Source: Opitutia bacterium Tous-C10FEB
Lineage (GTDB): Bacteria; Verrucomicrobiota; Verrucomicrobiia; Opitutales; Opitutaceae
Assembly (NCBI GenBank): GCA_002304425.1
Contig: NEUY01000001.1
Coordinates: 1-61,494 of the forward strand
Length of the DNA: 61,494 nucleotides
Direction of reading: 5' to 3'
The translations under genes were made by a program, and so were the position numbers. The notes beneath the pieces are model-generated. The model was not told the origin of the DNA. It worked only from the letters and a program-made list of their open reading frames with translations, and ran no database searches. Shown one piece after another: positions 20,405 through 30,896 of the stretch (its first letter is position 1; the number at the start of each line of letters is the position of its first letter).

Positions 20405-21187
20405 ATGAATCTCCTAAAGAATATTTTTCGTTCTGTGCGCCTGCCGATTCAACGCGGACCCAATCGCGGGCGTTGGTGGAGCGTATCGACTGCAAAAAAT
20501 TATTTCTATGACCGGTTCGTGCCGGGCAAGGCCGGCTGTCTGCCGCAATTACTCCAGCCCGGCGAGACGGTGTGGGATATTGGCGCCCATTGCGGCTATA
20601 CGGCCTTGGTGGAAGCACAGGCCGTCGGCGCCACCGGCCGGTGCTTCGCCTTCGAACCAAACCCCCGCAATCGGCAGCTGTTACAACTGCATCTCCAGTG
20701 GAATCGCACGACCAACGTCACCGTGCTGCCCTACGCGATCAGTGGAGCGGATGGCGAATTATCTTTCGGCTGGGAGGAAAATCAACGGGCCAGCACGATT
20801 AGTTCGCATCTTGGTGGGGCGGGTTGGAAAGTTCCGGTTCGCACGATCGATGGACTGATCCAATCCGGCGAGGTCCCCGCGCCCACTTTCTTAAAAATTG
20901 ATGTCGAGGGAGCAGAACTCGAACTACTCCAAGGCGCGGCCCAGCTCCTAGCCCGCGAGCTAAACCTCGGTCTTATTCTCTCCACCCACAGCGCAGCACT
21001 GCATGAGGCCTGTGCCCAGCTGCTCCGGGCCGCCGGCTTTAATATTATTGAGACCAGCGCAGTCGCGCTCGCTCGGACCACCGGCTGGGCGGCGCTCGGC
21101 GACGTCGATCTGCTCGCTTATCGTAGCGGGCGCCGCGTGAGTCCGGCGGCTCGCGCGGCTTTTGCGGCCATTGGCCGACATGGTTAA
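20405..21187 (+). CDS. FkbM family SAM-dependent methyltransferase
   Basis: WDIGAHCG, AFEPNP.N, and LKIDVEGAE. Confidence 0.9.
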   Translation: MNLLKNIFRSVRLPIQRGPNRGRWWSVSTAKNYFYDRFVPGKAGCLPQLLQPGETVWDIGAHCGYTALVEAQAVGATGRCFAFEPNPRNRQLLQLHLQWNRTTNVTVLPYAISGADGELSFGWEENQRASTISSHLGGAGWKVPVRTIDGLIQSGEVPAPTFLKIDVEGAELELLQGAAQLLARELNLGLILSTHSAALHEACAQLLRAAGFNIIETSAVALARTTGWAALGDVDLLAYRSGRRVSPAARAAFAAIGRHG

Positions 21188-21202
21188 AGTTTTCTCGTGC
21201 CC

Positions 21203-22228
21203 ATGGCTTACCCCGACCCGCGACCGCTCCGCATTCTGGTTATTCGTTACCGCTTCATTGGGGATACGGTTCTCGCCATTCCTTTTCTGCGTAATTTACG
21301 CGCCGCCTTCCCGGCGGCTAAAATCGACGTGCTCGCGGAACCGGGGTCAGGTGACACGCTCGCACTTTGTCCCTACAAAGATGAACTGCTCTACTATGCC
21401 CCACGTTTAAAAGGAGAAAAAAAGCGGCGGGCAAAATTCCCGACCAGCTTGCTAGGCGCCGTCCAATTTCTCCGCGCCCGCCAGTATGATCGTTGTTATA
21501 TTTTGCGCCGCTCCTTTTCCAGCGCGATCCTGCCGCTGCTCGCGGGCATCCCTCATCGGGTCGGCTTCGCCACGGAAGGTCGCCGCTGGCTTCTGCAGCG
21601 CAGCACCCCTTACGCTGACAAGCATGAGGTCGAGTGCTTCCTCGATGTACTGCGCGCCGACGGAATCCCAGTCAGCGATACCCACAATGAAAATTGGACC
21701 GATCCCGTCATTGACCAACGGGTCGCGACGGTCCTCGCGCAGGGCCCGCGTCGGAAGGTTTTTATCTGCGCCAAATCAGTCGCCCCCGCCAAAGATTGGT
21801 CACCGGAATATTTCGCCCAGCTGATTGCGTGGCTCGTCAATGAGCGCGCCTGCGAAGTTCATCTCTGCGACTCCCCAAGCTTGGCTCATTATTATCAAAA
21901 GATTCGCGCGGCCTTACCCGTGGCGTTGGATCACGACTGGATCGACTGGAGCCAGCAGCTTTCGCTGCGCGAAGCTAACTCTCTTTTTCGCTGCATGGAT
22001 CTAGCGATCGGTATCGATACGGGCCTGCTCCACTTGGCCGCCTCATTCCATGTTCCCATCGTCGCGCTATTTGGCCCACTCGAGCCGTGGCGCTGGCATC
22101 CTTGGGATACCAAACACACGATTCTGCGCCCGACCGATCTGTCCGGACCGAGCCCACTGCTCCGCTTGAGCGTGGCGGAGGTTAAGGCGGCTGTCGACCA
22201 ACGCCTCGCCGCTCTCACTGCAGCATGA
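21203..22228 (+). CDS. Glycosyltransferase family 9 (WaaF/WaaQ-like)
   Basis: ILVIR..FIGD.VL..P, KDW, and GIDTGLLHLAA...VALFGP...W.PW. Confidence 0.88.
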   Translation: MAYPDPRPLRILVIRYRFIGDTVLAIPFLRNLRAAFPAAKIDVLAEPGSGDTLALCPYKDELLYYAPRLKGEKKRRAKFPTSLLGAVQFLRARQYDRCYILRRSFSSAILPLLAGIPHRVGFATEGRRWLLQRSTPYADKHEVECFLDVLRADGIPVSDTHNENWTDPVIDQRVATVLAQGPRRKVFICAKSVAPAKDWSPEYFAQLIAWLVNERACEVHLCDSPSLAHYYQKIRAALPVALDHDWIDWSQQLSLREANSLFRCMDLAIGIDTGLLHLAASFHVPIVALFGPLEPWRWHPWDTKHTILRPTDLSGPSPLLRLSVAEVKAAVDQRLAALTAA

Positions 22229-23313
22229 AGCCGCGCGTTATGCATTTCGTCACCGGCGGCGGCTCTGGGGCCACCAAGGTAGCGCTCGAGCTAGCCTGTG
22301 GCCACTTGCGCACCGGAAATTATGCACCCTTACTCGTGCTGCGGCGCAAACGCGCTCCCCTACCCGCGGCCATGCAGGCCCAAATTGCCGCTACCGGTCT
22401 CCGTACTGCCTGGGTCGACAACTGGCCAAAATGGACCACGCGCCGCCAACTCGCGGCCTTGATCGCAGACTTTCAGCCGCAAATTTTCGCGGCACACGGT
22501 AATAGCGAGCATCTGTGGGGGCGTCAGGCCGCGTTCGCAGCCGAGGTTCCGGTCGTTCTACATATTGAACAGAACTGCGAACGCTACCCTTGCTGGCGGC
22601 GCTGGTCCGCTCGTCGATTGGCTGCCCGCACCACGGCCACCGTCTGCGTTTCGCAGGGGGTGGCTGACCATGTGCGGCAACTCGGCCTCGCTGGTCCCCG
22701 CTTGACGATCATTCACAACGGCGTCGCGACCGCGCGCTACTCGGCTGGAGCGCTCCCTTTTGCCACTCGCAGCCAAGATATTATTATGGTCGCGCGCTTC
22801 GCTCGCCAAAAGGATCAAGCGACCTTAATTCGCGCCACCCACCGCCTGGTCCAACAAGGCTGGACCGGCCAGCTGCTTCTCGGGGGCGATGGCCGCGCGA
22901 CTCATCGGCGCAGGTGTGAAAAATTAACGCTATCATTAGGCCTGACAACCCGCGTCCAATTTCTTGGCCGCGTCACCGATGCGGCGCCCCTTTATCACCG
23001 CTGCCGTGCCATGGTACTCTCCACCCATTACGAAGGCCTGCCGCTGGTCCTCATCGACGGCATGGCGGCCGGTTGCGCCGCGATTGGCAGCGCAGTTTCC
23101 GGGGTAGCCGATATCATTGAGCCGGGCCGCAACGGCTGGAGCTTCCCACCCGGCGACGATGCCGCCTTAGCGCAAATTCTGACGGAGGTGCTCGCGGGTG
23201 GTCCCGCCGTCGAAGCCATCGTTGCGCGTGGCCAAACGGATGCGCCCGCTCGTTTCTCGCTCGGGCAAATGCTGAATCGCTACGAATCGCTGTTCGCTGA
23301 GTTACTCGGTTAG
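22225..23313 (+). CDS. Glycosyltransferase family 4
   Basis: IHNGV, VARF..QK and S.YEGLPL.L.D.MA. ATGA overlap with the upstream GT9. Confidence 0.88.
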   Translation: MKPRVMHFVTGGGSGATKVALELACGHLRTGNYAPLLVLRRKRAPLPAAMQAQIAATGLRTAWVDNWPKWTTRRQLAALIADFQPQIFAAHGNSEHLWGRQAAFAAEVPVVLHIEQNCERYPCWRRWSARRLAARTTATVCVSQGVADHVRQLGLAGPRLTIIHNGVATARYSAGALPFATRSQDIIMVARFARQKDQATLIRATHRLVQQGWTGQLLLGGDGRATHRRRCEKLTLSLGLTTRVQFLGRVTDAAPLYHRCRAMVLSTHYEGLPLVLIDGMAAGCAAIGSAVSGVADIIEPGRNGWSFPPGDDAALAQILTEVLAGGPAVEAIVARGQTDAPARFSLGQMLNRYESLFAELLG

Positions 23314-23392
23314 GCCGGCGGGCTACGTCGGACCGCGGTACCTGAATTTATCATTGCTGCGCGCTGAGCCATTCCCAGCCTCGCACTAGCCC

Positions 23393-24367
23393 ATGCCTTT
23401 GCTCGAAGTCACTGATCTGCGCACTTCTTTTCACACTCGCAACGGCGTCTACCGGGCCGTCGACGGCGTCAGCTTCACTCTCGCCAAAGGCGAAACCCTC
23501 GGCCTCGTGGGCGAGTCTGGCTCGGGAAAATCAGTGACCTGCTACTCACTCATGGGCCTCGTTCCGCAACCGCCCGGCCGCATCGAAAGCGGAACCGCGA
23601 TGTTCGACGGCACCGACCTGCTCCATTGCTCGCCCGCGCAAGCCCGCGCGATTCGCGGCAAACGCCTCGCGATGATCTTTCAAGATCCGATGACGTCGCT
23701 TAATCCCTACCTGCGCATCGCGGATCAACTCATCGAGCCACTGCTCATTCACGAAAAAATTTCGCGGCCGGCGGCCTTAGCCCGCGGCCTCGCCATGCTG
23801 GAAGCGGTTGGGATCAACGACGCCGCGCAGCGTCTCCAAGCTTACCCTCACGAATTTTCTGGGGGCATGCGACAGCGGGTCATGATCGCGATGGCGCTTA
23901 TTACGCGACCGGAAATCCTCATCGCCGACGAACCAACCACCGCGCTGGATGTTACGGTGCAGGCGCAAATCCTCGAGCTGATTAAAAAGCTCCAGCAGGA
24001 ATTCCACATGGCAGTCATTTTTGTGACCCACGACCTTGGCGTCGTCTCCGGACTTTGTGATCGCGTCCAAGTCATGTACGCTGGCCGCATCGTTGAAACC
24101 GCTGACACCCGCACCCTGTTCCGCGCGCCGCGCCATCCCTACACCCAAGCCCTGCAGCGCTCGATTCCGTCTTTACAGCCCAAAGGTCGCGATCTCTACA
24201 CCATTCCAGGACTACCGCCCGATCTGTCAAAACCCAAGGCAGGCTGCGCCTTCGCTTCCCGCTGCGCCGCGGTCACCGACCGCTGTCACGCCACCGATCC
24301 AGGCCTGCTGCCAGTGAGCGCCGCCCAAGCGACCGCCTGCCTGCGCGTCCAAGCCCAAGAGATTTAG
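23393..24367 (+). CDS. Oligo/dipeptide ABC transporter ATP-binding protein (OppD/DppD family)
   Basis: GESGSGKS, FQDPMTSLNP, YPHEFSGGMRQR, ADEPTTALD, HPYT and a C-terminal Cys cluster. Confidence 0.93.
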   Translation: MPLLEVTDLRTSFHTRNGVYRAVDGVSFTLAKGETLGLVGESGSGKSVTCYSLMGLVPQPPGRIESGTAMFDGTDLLHCSPAQARAIRGKRLAMIFQDPMTSLNPYLRIADQLIEPLLIHEKISRPAALARGLAMLEAVGINDAAQRLQAYPHEFSGGMRQRVMIAMALITRPEILIADEPTTALDVTVQAQILELIKKLQQEFHMAVIFVTHDLGVVSGLCDRVQVMYAGRIVETADTRTLFRAPRHPYTQALQRSIPSLQPKGRDLYTIPGLPPDLSKPKAGCAFASRCAAVTDRCHATDPGLLPVSAAQATACLRVQAQEI

Positions 24368-24404
24368 CCGACGGAATCTATTTTCCCCACGAAAGCCGAT
24401 CCTG

Positions 24405-25388
24405 ATGTCATCCCCTATTCTCCAACTGAACGACGTGCAGACGCACTTCCCCGTCGAATCAGGCTTTCTGTTCCGCCAGCAAACTGGCACCGTCAAAGCC
24501 GTTGATGGCATCACGCTGAGCGTTCAACGCGGCGAGGTTCTCGGACTGGTGGGCGAATCGGGCTGCGGTAAATCCACGTTGGCGCGCACGATCATGCAAT
24601 TGGTGCCAACAACGGCCGGCACCGTATTGCTCGAAGGCCGCAACTTAACCGCCGCCTCCGCCGCTGAACTGCTCGTCGCCCGGCGCGACTTACAGATGAT
24701 TTTTCAAGATCCCTTTGCCTCGCTGAACCCGCGGCTCACGGTCTACGCCACTTTGGCGGAGCCGCTGCTCGTGCATCGAGTCGTGCCACCCGAGCAAGTC
24801 CGCGCGCGCGTCGTGGCCTTGGCCGAAAAAGTAGGTCTGTCGTCCCAGGTGCTCGGGAAATATCCCCACGAATTCTCCGGCGGGCAACGTCAGCGCATCG
24901 CGATCGCGCGGGCCCTCGCACTGGAACCCAAGGTCATCATCGCCGATGAACCCGTCTCGGCGCTCGATGTTTCCATTCAAGCGCAAATTCTGAATTTACT
25001 CGCCCAACTCTGCCGCGAAATGCATCTCACCCTGATTTTTATCGCGCACGATCTCTCCGTGGTGAAACACATCTCGGATCGCATCGCCGTGATGTATCTT
25101 GGAAAAATCGTCGAGCTCGGCACCGCAACCGACGTCATGGAACGTCCCCGCCACCCTTACACGCAAGCGCTGGTGAGCGCGATTCCCCACCTCGACCCTG
25201 ATCTTCAGCGCCGGAGCCCTCGCTTGATCCTCGCGGGTGATCCGCCCTCCCCCCTCCATCCGCCGACCGGGTGCGCCTTTCATCCGCGGTGTCCGCACGT
25301 ACAAACGCAGTGTCGCGCGACCACTCCTCCGCTGCAATTAGCGGAACCCGAACGCCACGTCGCCTGCGTCCGCCTCAACGAAATCTGA
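24405..25388 (+). CDS. Oligo/dipeptide ABC transporter ATP-binding protein (OppF/DppF family)
   Basis: GESGCGKST, YPHEFSGGQRQR, DEPVSALDVSIQ, HPYT and GC.FHPRC. Confidence 0.93.
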   Translation: MSSPILQLNDVQTHFPVESGFLFRQQTGTVKAVDGITLSVQRGEVLGLVGESGCGKSTLARTIMQLVPTTAGTVLLEGRNLTAASAAELLVARRDLQMIFQDPFASLNPRLTVYATLAEPLLVHRVVPPEQVRARVVALAEKVGLSSQVLGKYPHEFSGGQRQRIAIARALALEPKVIIADEPVSALDVSIQAQILNLLAQLCREMHLTLIFIAHDLSVVKHISDRIAVMYLGKIVELGTATDVMERPRHPYTQALVSAIPHLDPDLQRRSPRLILAGDPPSPLHPPTGCAFHPRCPHVQTQCRATTPPLQLAEPERHVACVRLNEI

Positions 25389-25406
25389 GCCGCAGTTAGC
25401 GCGCGA

Positions 25407-26036
25407 TCACCGCCACGCCGTCAGCACCAAGCTAAGCGCAAATCCGAAAAAAACGACCCCGAGGCTGCGGTCGATCCAGTGACCGTAGCGGAGAAATTTA
25501 TGCCGGATGGCGGGCTGCGTAAACACGACCGAGACCAAGCTAAACCAGGCCACAGTGGCTAGAGTCATCCAGACGCCATAGCCAACCTGAAGCAACAGTG
25601 GGGTGAGCGGACTCACGCGCAGGACAAACAGCGCGATAAAAAATAAGGCCGCTTTAAGATTCAAGACGTTGACCAAAAACCCCGTGAGCCAAGCCGACCG
25701 AGGCGTGGGCGCATGGGTGAAGCCGGCGAGCTCAACTTCCCCGGCACGCGGCTTGGCTGAGACCGCCTGCCAGCCGAGAAAAGTCAGGTAAGCCGCCCCC
25801 AAATATTGTAGCGCCGAGAGCGTCGCCGCGGAATTTTTAAGCAACCAACTCACCCCCAGCAGACTATAGGTTATATGCACGGCAAGGCCGACCCCGATGC
25901 CGAGGCTCGTCCAGAGCGCGGTGCGGCGGCCATGCAGGAGACTTTGTTTAAGCACGATGGCGAAGTCGGGCCCCGGGCTCGCCACCGCCAGCGCGTGCGC
26001 CCCAACTATGAGCAAAAATTCCGGCCAGTAGTTCAT
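25407..26036 (-). CDS. LysE/RhtB family amino acid exporter
   Basis: SPGPDF, GAAYL..LG, GFL.N.LN.K and about six hydrophobic segments. Confidence 0.9.
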   Translation of the reverse strand: MNYWPEFLLIVGAHALAVASPGPDFAIVLKQSLLHGRRTALWTSLGIGVGLAVHITYSLLGVSWLLKNSAATLSALQYLGAAYLTFLGWQAVSAKPRAGEVELAGFTHAPTPRSAWLTGFLVNVLNLKAALFFIALFVLRVSPLTPLLLQVGYGVWMTLATVAWFSLVSVVFTQPAIRHKFLRYGHWIDRSLGVVFFGFALSLVLTAWR

Positions 26037-26143
26037 GCGCGCATAAACCTAACTTGAGGGCGAATGGCGGACCCTGCGGCCGGCGCGCCCGCCAACCGAG
26101 CGGGGAAATTTTTCGCGGCGCCCATCACGACAAGGGAGCCGAC

Positions 26144-27877
26144 TTACTTTCGACTGCCCCGCAATTCCATGTCCTGCGGCACCGTGCTCAAGGCCTCCTC
26201 CATCGTGCTGAGACCTTCCCGCACTTTCATCATGCTATCTTGGTGCAATGTTTTCATCCCGTGCTTCATGCCAATGCGCTTGAGCTCGACGGTTTCCGCC
26301 CCGCGGTTAATGGCTTCAACTAATTCCTCATTATTGACCAATAATTCATGAATCCCCACCCGTCCTTTGTAGCCGGTATTACTGCACTTAGAGCAACCGG
26401 AGGGCTGCGCCTTATAAATCGGCCCATGCCAGTCGATGGCGCGCCGTAAAAGTTCTTTTTCCCGCTCATCCGGCTCGTGCGCTTGGCGGCAGATTCGGCA
26501 CACCCGACGCATCAATCGCTGTGAACAAATCGCCACCAGCGATGAGGAAATCATAAACGGCTCAACGCCCATGTCGGTGAGTCGCGCGACCGTGGAAGGA
26601 GCGTCATTCGTATGCAACGTACTGAGCAGCATGTGGCCAGTCAGCGCGGCCTCTACCGCGATATTCGCCGTCTCTTGGTCGCGGATTTCACCCACGAGAA
26701 TAATATCAGGATCCTGCCGTAGAAATGAACGTAGCGCCGTCGCAAACGTGAGCCCGATCTGTCGATGCATCTGCATCTGATTGATCCCAGGTAAGGTGTA
26801 CTCGATCGGATCCTCGGCCGTGCGAATCACCACATCGCTCGTGTTAATTTCGTTCAGGGCAGAATATAGGGTCATCGACTTACCTGAGCCCGTCGGCCCG
26901 CAATGGAGGATCATGCCGTAAGGCTGGCGGATGCATTCGCGATATTGCGTAAGATTAGCGGGACTAAAGCCCAAGGCCGGCAAGGGGAGCGTTGATTTTT
27001 GCTTATCCAGAATACGCAACACGACGCCCTCCCCGTGGTTCAGCGGCGCGGTCGAAACCCGCAGGTCGATATCAATATTCTTTTTGTTATATTGCTTAAA
27101 AACGATGCGCCCATCTTGGGGTAAGCGGCGCTCGGCAATGTCGAGATTGCACATGATCTTAATTCGCGCCACGAGCGCCCCAGCGACTCGCCCTGGCAAA
27201 CGGAGCTTTTCTTGGGTTAAGCCATCAATCCGATAGCGCACGACCATTTCTTTCTCCCAAGGCTCGAGATGAATATCTGAGGCGCCCGCGAAATAGGCTT
27301 CCTCAATAATTCGGTTCGCGAGCAAAATAATTGGCGCCGACTCCTCATTCGTTAAATCCTCTTCTTTGATCTTCGTTTCCTTGTCTTCGAATTGTGCCCC
27401 GAGCTGATCGACGAAATCAGAAAACTGCACCATATCGTGCAATTGATCGTGTTTCAGTTTTTCGCGAATATCCGCCTCGCGGCCCAACAGGCGAATGACC
27501 CGCAATCCCGTTTTGTCCTGAATCTTAGTCGCCACCGAGGTCTCGAAGGGATTGGCAAATGCCACGAGGAGGAAATCGCCCACCTGACCCACCGGTAAAA
27601 TGATATTCCGCTGACAGAATTCGAGGTCGATTTTCTCGAAGGTCCCATTGTGCATTTTATACCGAGCCACATTAAACGGCGCGAGGCCGAGGGCGCGGCA
27701 CTTGGCGAGCAGCAACTGGAAAAGCGTAATGCGGTGATCCGCCTGTAAGATCTGATCAAGCTGATCGCCCGTCGGTTCATCCGGCCGCGCCAACAAGATC
27801 ACGCGCTGTTCCAAGGTCAGCTTCCCCATCTCGTGCAGCTTCTCAATAATCTGGGTTTGCGTGCGACCGAGCGGCAT
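26144..27877 (-). CDS. GspE/PilB family secretion or pilus assembly ATPase
   Basis: [47 protein letters not shown]....TLHTN, and tetra-Cys CRIC...CSKC. Confidence 0.93.
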   Translation of the reverse strand: MPLGRTQTQIIEKLHEMGKLTLEQRVILLARPDEPTGDQLDQILQADHRITLFQLLLAKCRALGLAPFNVARYKMHNGTFEKIDLEFCQRNIILPVGQVGDFLLVAFANPFETSVATKIQDKTGLRVIRLLGREADIREKLKHDQLHDMVQFSDFVDQLGAQFEDKETKIKEEDLTNEESAPIILLANRIIEEAYFAGASDIHLEPWEKEMVVRYRIDGLTQEKLRLPGRVAGALVARIKIMCNLDIAERRLPQDGRIVFKQYNKKNIDIDLRVSTAPLNHGEGVVLRILDKQKSTLPLPALGFSPANLTQYRECIRQPYGMILHCGPTGSGKSMTLYSALNEINTSDVVIRTAEDPIEYTLPGINQMQMHRQIGLTFATALRSFLRQDPDIILVGEIRDQETANIAVEAALTGHMLLSTLHTNDAPSTVARLTDMGVEPFMISSSLVAICSQRLMRRVCRICRQAHEPDEREKELLRRAIDWHGPIYKAQPSGCSKCSNTGYKGRVGIHELLVNNEELVEAINRGAETVELKRIGMKHGMKTLHQDSMMKVREGLSTMEEALSTVPQDMELRGSRK

Positions 27878-27880
27878 AAC

Positions 27881-28528
27881 TTAGGCGGGTAAAGGCGGAC
27901 GCGAACCACTCTGGCCACCCAGCGGCAACGGCGGAGGGGGACTTACGGTATCACTCATAGGAAAAGGTGCCGCACTCATCGTTGGCAACGGCATGGGACC
28001 CTGACTACCCGTGGTCAGCGGACGAAGATTATTTTTCTTGGCAGCCAGCTGCTCCAAGTGCGTGCGGTCGATGAAATCCGCAATGATGTCCATCGTGGTT
28101 GCTTGCCAAATAATCTGGCCGCCCAACTTTTTTTCCCAAAAAGACCGCACCGCCGAACTTAAATAATAGGCCGTCGCCACAAAGTGAAAATCTTCTTCAT
28201 GATCAAACGGGACGCTCCACGTCGCCCAGCAAGCCTCCAGATCAAGTTCTCGGCGGACATTTTCCGGCACATCATAAGTGCGCAAATCGATCACGCTCAC
28301 CCCGTGGTCGTCGACTACGTGTTGCAACATCGCCTCCTCGGTCAGTACTTTTTTCTCATAGACCAACACGCTAAGCACGGAACTGCGGCGTAAATCACCG
28401 GTAGTGGCGATCTCCAGTAATCGCTCGTTGGCCGCCTCCAGATCCTCAAATTTGACCAAATTATGCTCGATTAAAGCCGATCCCAGGAGGCGATTCGAGC
28501 GCATCAATAATGGTCGATGTTCCGACAT
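27881..28528 (-). CDS. Hypothetical protein resembling a stand-alone MshEN/T2SSE_N (PilB N-terminal) domain
   Basis: RLLGSALIEHNLV...DLE.A...L resembles the RLGxxL..xL MshEN repeat, followed by IDL..Y and VPF. Pro-rich tail. Ends 3 nt before the ATPase. Confidence 0.55.
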   Translation of the reverse strand: MSEHRPLLMRSNRLLGSALIEHNLVKFEDLEAANERLLEIATTGDLRRSSVLSVLVYEKKVLTEEAMLQHVVDDHGVSVIDLRTYDVPENVRRELDLEACWATWSVPFDHEEDFHFVATAYYLSSAVRSFWEKKLGGQIIWQATTMDIIADFIDRTHLEQLAAKKNNLRPLTTGSQGPMPLPTMSAAPFPMSDTVSPPPPLPLGGQSGSRPPLPA

Positions 28529-28546
28529 GACAGAATCGTAGTTTAC

Positions 28547-29578
28547 TCAGACCTTAGGCGCGGACGATTTCTTTGCTTTCGCGCGCATTTTCTTCACTCG
28601 TTTTAGTAATTCTTTTTTCAATTTAGGGATACCGGTTTCCGTCAAACAGGAGATCGGCACAACTTCCACTTTAGGATAGCGCTTTTTAAATTTAACCAAA
28701 TTAATCACGGCGGCATCTTCATCCATTTTATTGGCGACCACCAACCGCGGCTTGTCCAATAAGGCCGGCGAATACAGTGCTAACTCTTTTAGCAGCTGCT
28801 TATAATCTAGGCGTGGATCGCGGGTATCCGTGCCAGCTAAGTCCAAAATAATCAGGAGCAATTTACAGCGTTCGATATGCTTAAGGAAGCGATGCCCGAG
28901 CCCCTTCCCGCTGCTCGCGCCCGCAATCAGCCCCGGGACATCAGCCATAATCAGGCGTTCGTATTCCGGCACATAGTCGATGATCCCAATCTGCGGATGG
29001 AGGGTGGTGAAGGGATAGGGCGCCGTCTTGGGCCGCGCATTGGTGATTAAAGTAGTGAGCGATGATTTGCCGGCGTTGGGGAAACCCACGAGTCCGATGT
29101 CAGCAATGCTCTTCAATTCCAGCCGATAATTACCGGTCGTACCCGGTTCACCAGGGCCCGTTTTACGGGGAGCGCGGGTTACCGATGATTTAAATTTCGT
29201 GTTACCAAACCCGCCTTTGCCGCCTTGGCAGAGGACAAATTCTTGATGGTCATTAAGGATCTCCACCACGACCTCACCCGTCACCAAATCGGTGCAGACG
29301 GTGCCGAGCGGCACACGCAAAATGGCGGGCCGGCCCTCGCGGCCATTACAGTCTTTGCCCAAACCGTGTTCACCGCGTTCGCCGGTCCAGTGCGGTTTAA
29401 ATTTAAAATCAATCAGGTTATTTTGGTCATCGTCACCCCGCAGGATGACGTCGCCCCCTTTGCCACCGTCGCCGCCATTAGGCCCGCCCCACGGCTCATA
29501 TTTTTCCCGGCGAAAACTGACGCAGCCGCGACCACCGTCGCCCGCACGTGCCTTGATCGTTGTTTCGTCGATAAACAT
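28547..29578 (-). CDS. obgE: GTPase ObgE/CgtA
   Basis: MFIDE..I...AGDGG.G..SFRREKY.P.GGP.GGDGG, GFPNAGKS, YPFTTL.P, DVPG and NKMD. Confidence 0.97.
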   Translation of the reverse strand: MFIDETTIKARAGDGGRGCVSFRREKYEPWGGPNGGDGGKGGDVILRGDDDQNNLIDFKFKPHWTGERGEHGLGKDCNGREGRPAILRVPLGTVCTDLVTGEVVVEILNDHQEFVLCQGGKGGFGNTKFKSSVTRAPRKTGPGEPGTTGNYRLELKSIADIGLVGFPNAGKSSLTTLITNARPKTAPYPFTTLHPQIGIIDYVPEYERLIMADVPGLIAGASSGKGLGHRFLKHIERCKLLLIILDLAGTDTRDPRLDYKQLLKELALYSPALLDKPRLVVANKMDEDAAVINLVKFKKRYPKVEVVPISCLTETGIPKLKKELLKRVKKMRAKAKKSSAPKV

Positions 29579-29642
29579 GGCTCTATCAGTCTATGCCTGA
29601 GCGTCGGCGTAAAGCGCAATCGGACGATGGGCCTCAATCTAC

Positions 29643-30893
29643 CTAGACCGCAATTTTGATCCCCTTGCGCAAATAGGTCGGCAGATCCAGATCCTGCCCT
29701 TCGAAAAGATTCCGATCGGATTTCTCAAAGGCACCCCGACTTTCGACGGGGTCCCCCTGAAAGCCAAATTCAACCTGCTTCGGTTTTTCTCCGGGCTCAG
29801 CGCCACCCGCATTTTTAGCCGAGGCGACGGGCGACTTTGCGCCCGCGGTGGTTGGGACTGACTTCTCGCTGGTCGCCCGCGGGAGCGGTGGCGCGCGGCG
29901 CACAAAATTTCGACTCCCCAAGTCAGTCGTGCCAATTACGCAAAGCTCAACTCGGCCCGCGCAGCTCTCGTCAATCGCCGCGCCCATCACCACGTGGGCT
30001 TCTCGGCCAAAAGACTCGGTAATCGCCGTCATCAAATCATTAACCTTCATCAAGCTGAGCTCAGCCCCGCCCGTGATGTTCACGAGCAATCGATCCGCCT
30101 TGCGCGCATATTCTGGCGTCTGCAATAAGGGGCACTGTTGCAAATTTTCGAGCGCCGCCTGCGCCGCATTGTCCCCCTCCCCTACGCCGAGCCCAAAAAG
30201 CGTCTTGCCGCCGCGGTATTGAAACACCTGTCGGAGCGCGGTAAAATCAACATTGATGAGGCCGGTGCGCGACAGCATCGACCAAATCGATTTCACGCCG
30301 CGCCCCATCCACTCATCGGCCTGCGCAAAAGAGTCCAGCACACTGGTCTGCTCCGTGCCTTCCTGCAGCAGCATGTCATTGGACAGGGGAATAACGGCAT
30401 CGCACACTCGGCGTAATTCCGCGAGCGCTTCCTCCGCTTGCTTCTGACGGCGCCCCCCTTCGAAACTGAACGGCAGGGTGACAAAAGCGATCACCACCGC
30501 CCCGGCTTTTACCGCAATTTCTGCGACCACCGGAGCCGCGCCCGATCCTGTGCCGCCCCCCAGCCCAGCGATGATAAAAATCAAATCAGAGCCTTTCACG
30601 ATTTCGGCAATTTTATCGCTATCCGCAACCGCCGCTTGGCGCCCCATCTCCGGATCGCCCCCCGCACTTAAGCCGCGCGTCAGCGTGTGCCCAATTAAAA
30701 TCTTATCCGGCACCGGCGAACTACTGAGGGCTTTTAAATCCGTGTTGATGACCGCCAGCTGCAGTCGCTCCAGATTCTGCCTCTTCAGGCGATCAACCGC
30801 ATTAGCCCCGCCGCCCCCCACGCCAATGAGCTTCAGATTAATGTGCCGCTCCGGCAACGGCTCCAGCGGTAATTCATTTAAGGCAGCGTGCAT
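29643..30893 (-). CDS. ftsZ: Cell division protein FtsZ
   Basis: GVGGGG.NA, NTD, GLGGGTGSG tubulin signature, PFSFEG, INVDF and C-terminal LDLPTYLRK. Confidence 0.97.
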   Translation of the reverse strand: MHAALNELPLEPLPERHINLKLIGVGGGGANAVDRLKRQNLERLQLAVINTDLKALSSSPVPDKILIGHTLTRGLSAGGDPEMGRQAAVADSDKIAEIVKGSDLIFIIAGLGGGTGSGAAPVVAEIAVKAGAVVIAFVTLPFSFEGGRRQKQAEEALAELRRVCDAVIPLSNDMLLQEGTEQTSVLDSFAQADEWMGRGVKSIWSMLSRTGLINVDFTALRQVFQYRGGKTLFGLGVGEGDNAAQAALENLQQCPLLQTPEYARKADRLLVNITGGAELSLMKVNDLMTAITESFGREAHVVMGAAIDESCAGRVELCVIGTTDLGSRNFVRRAPPLPRATSEKSVPTTAGAKSPVASAKNAGGAEPGEKPKQVEFGFQGDPVESRGAFEKSDRNLFEGQDLDLPTYLRKGIKIAV

Positions 30894-30896
30894 GAA

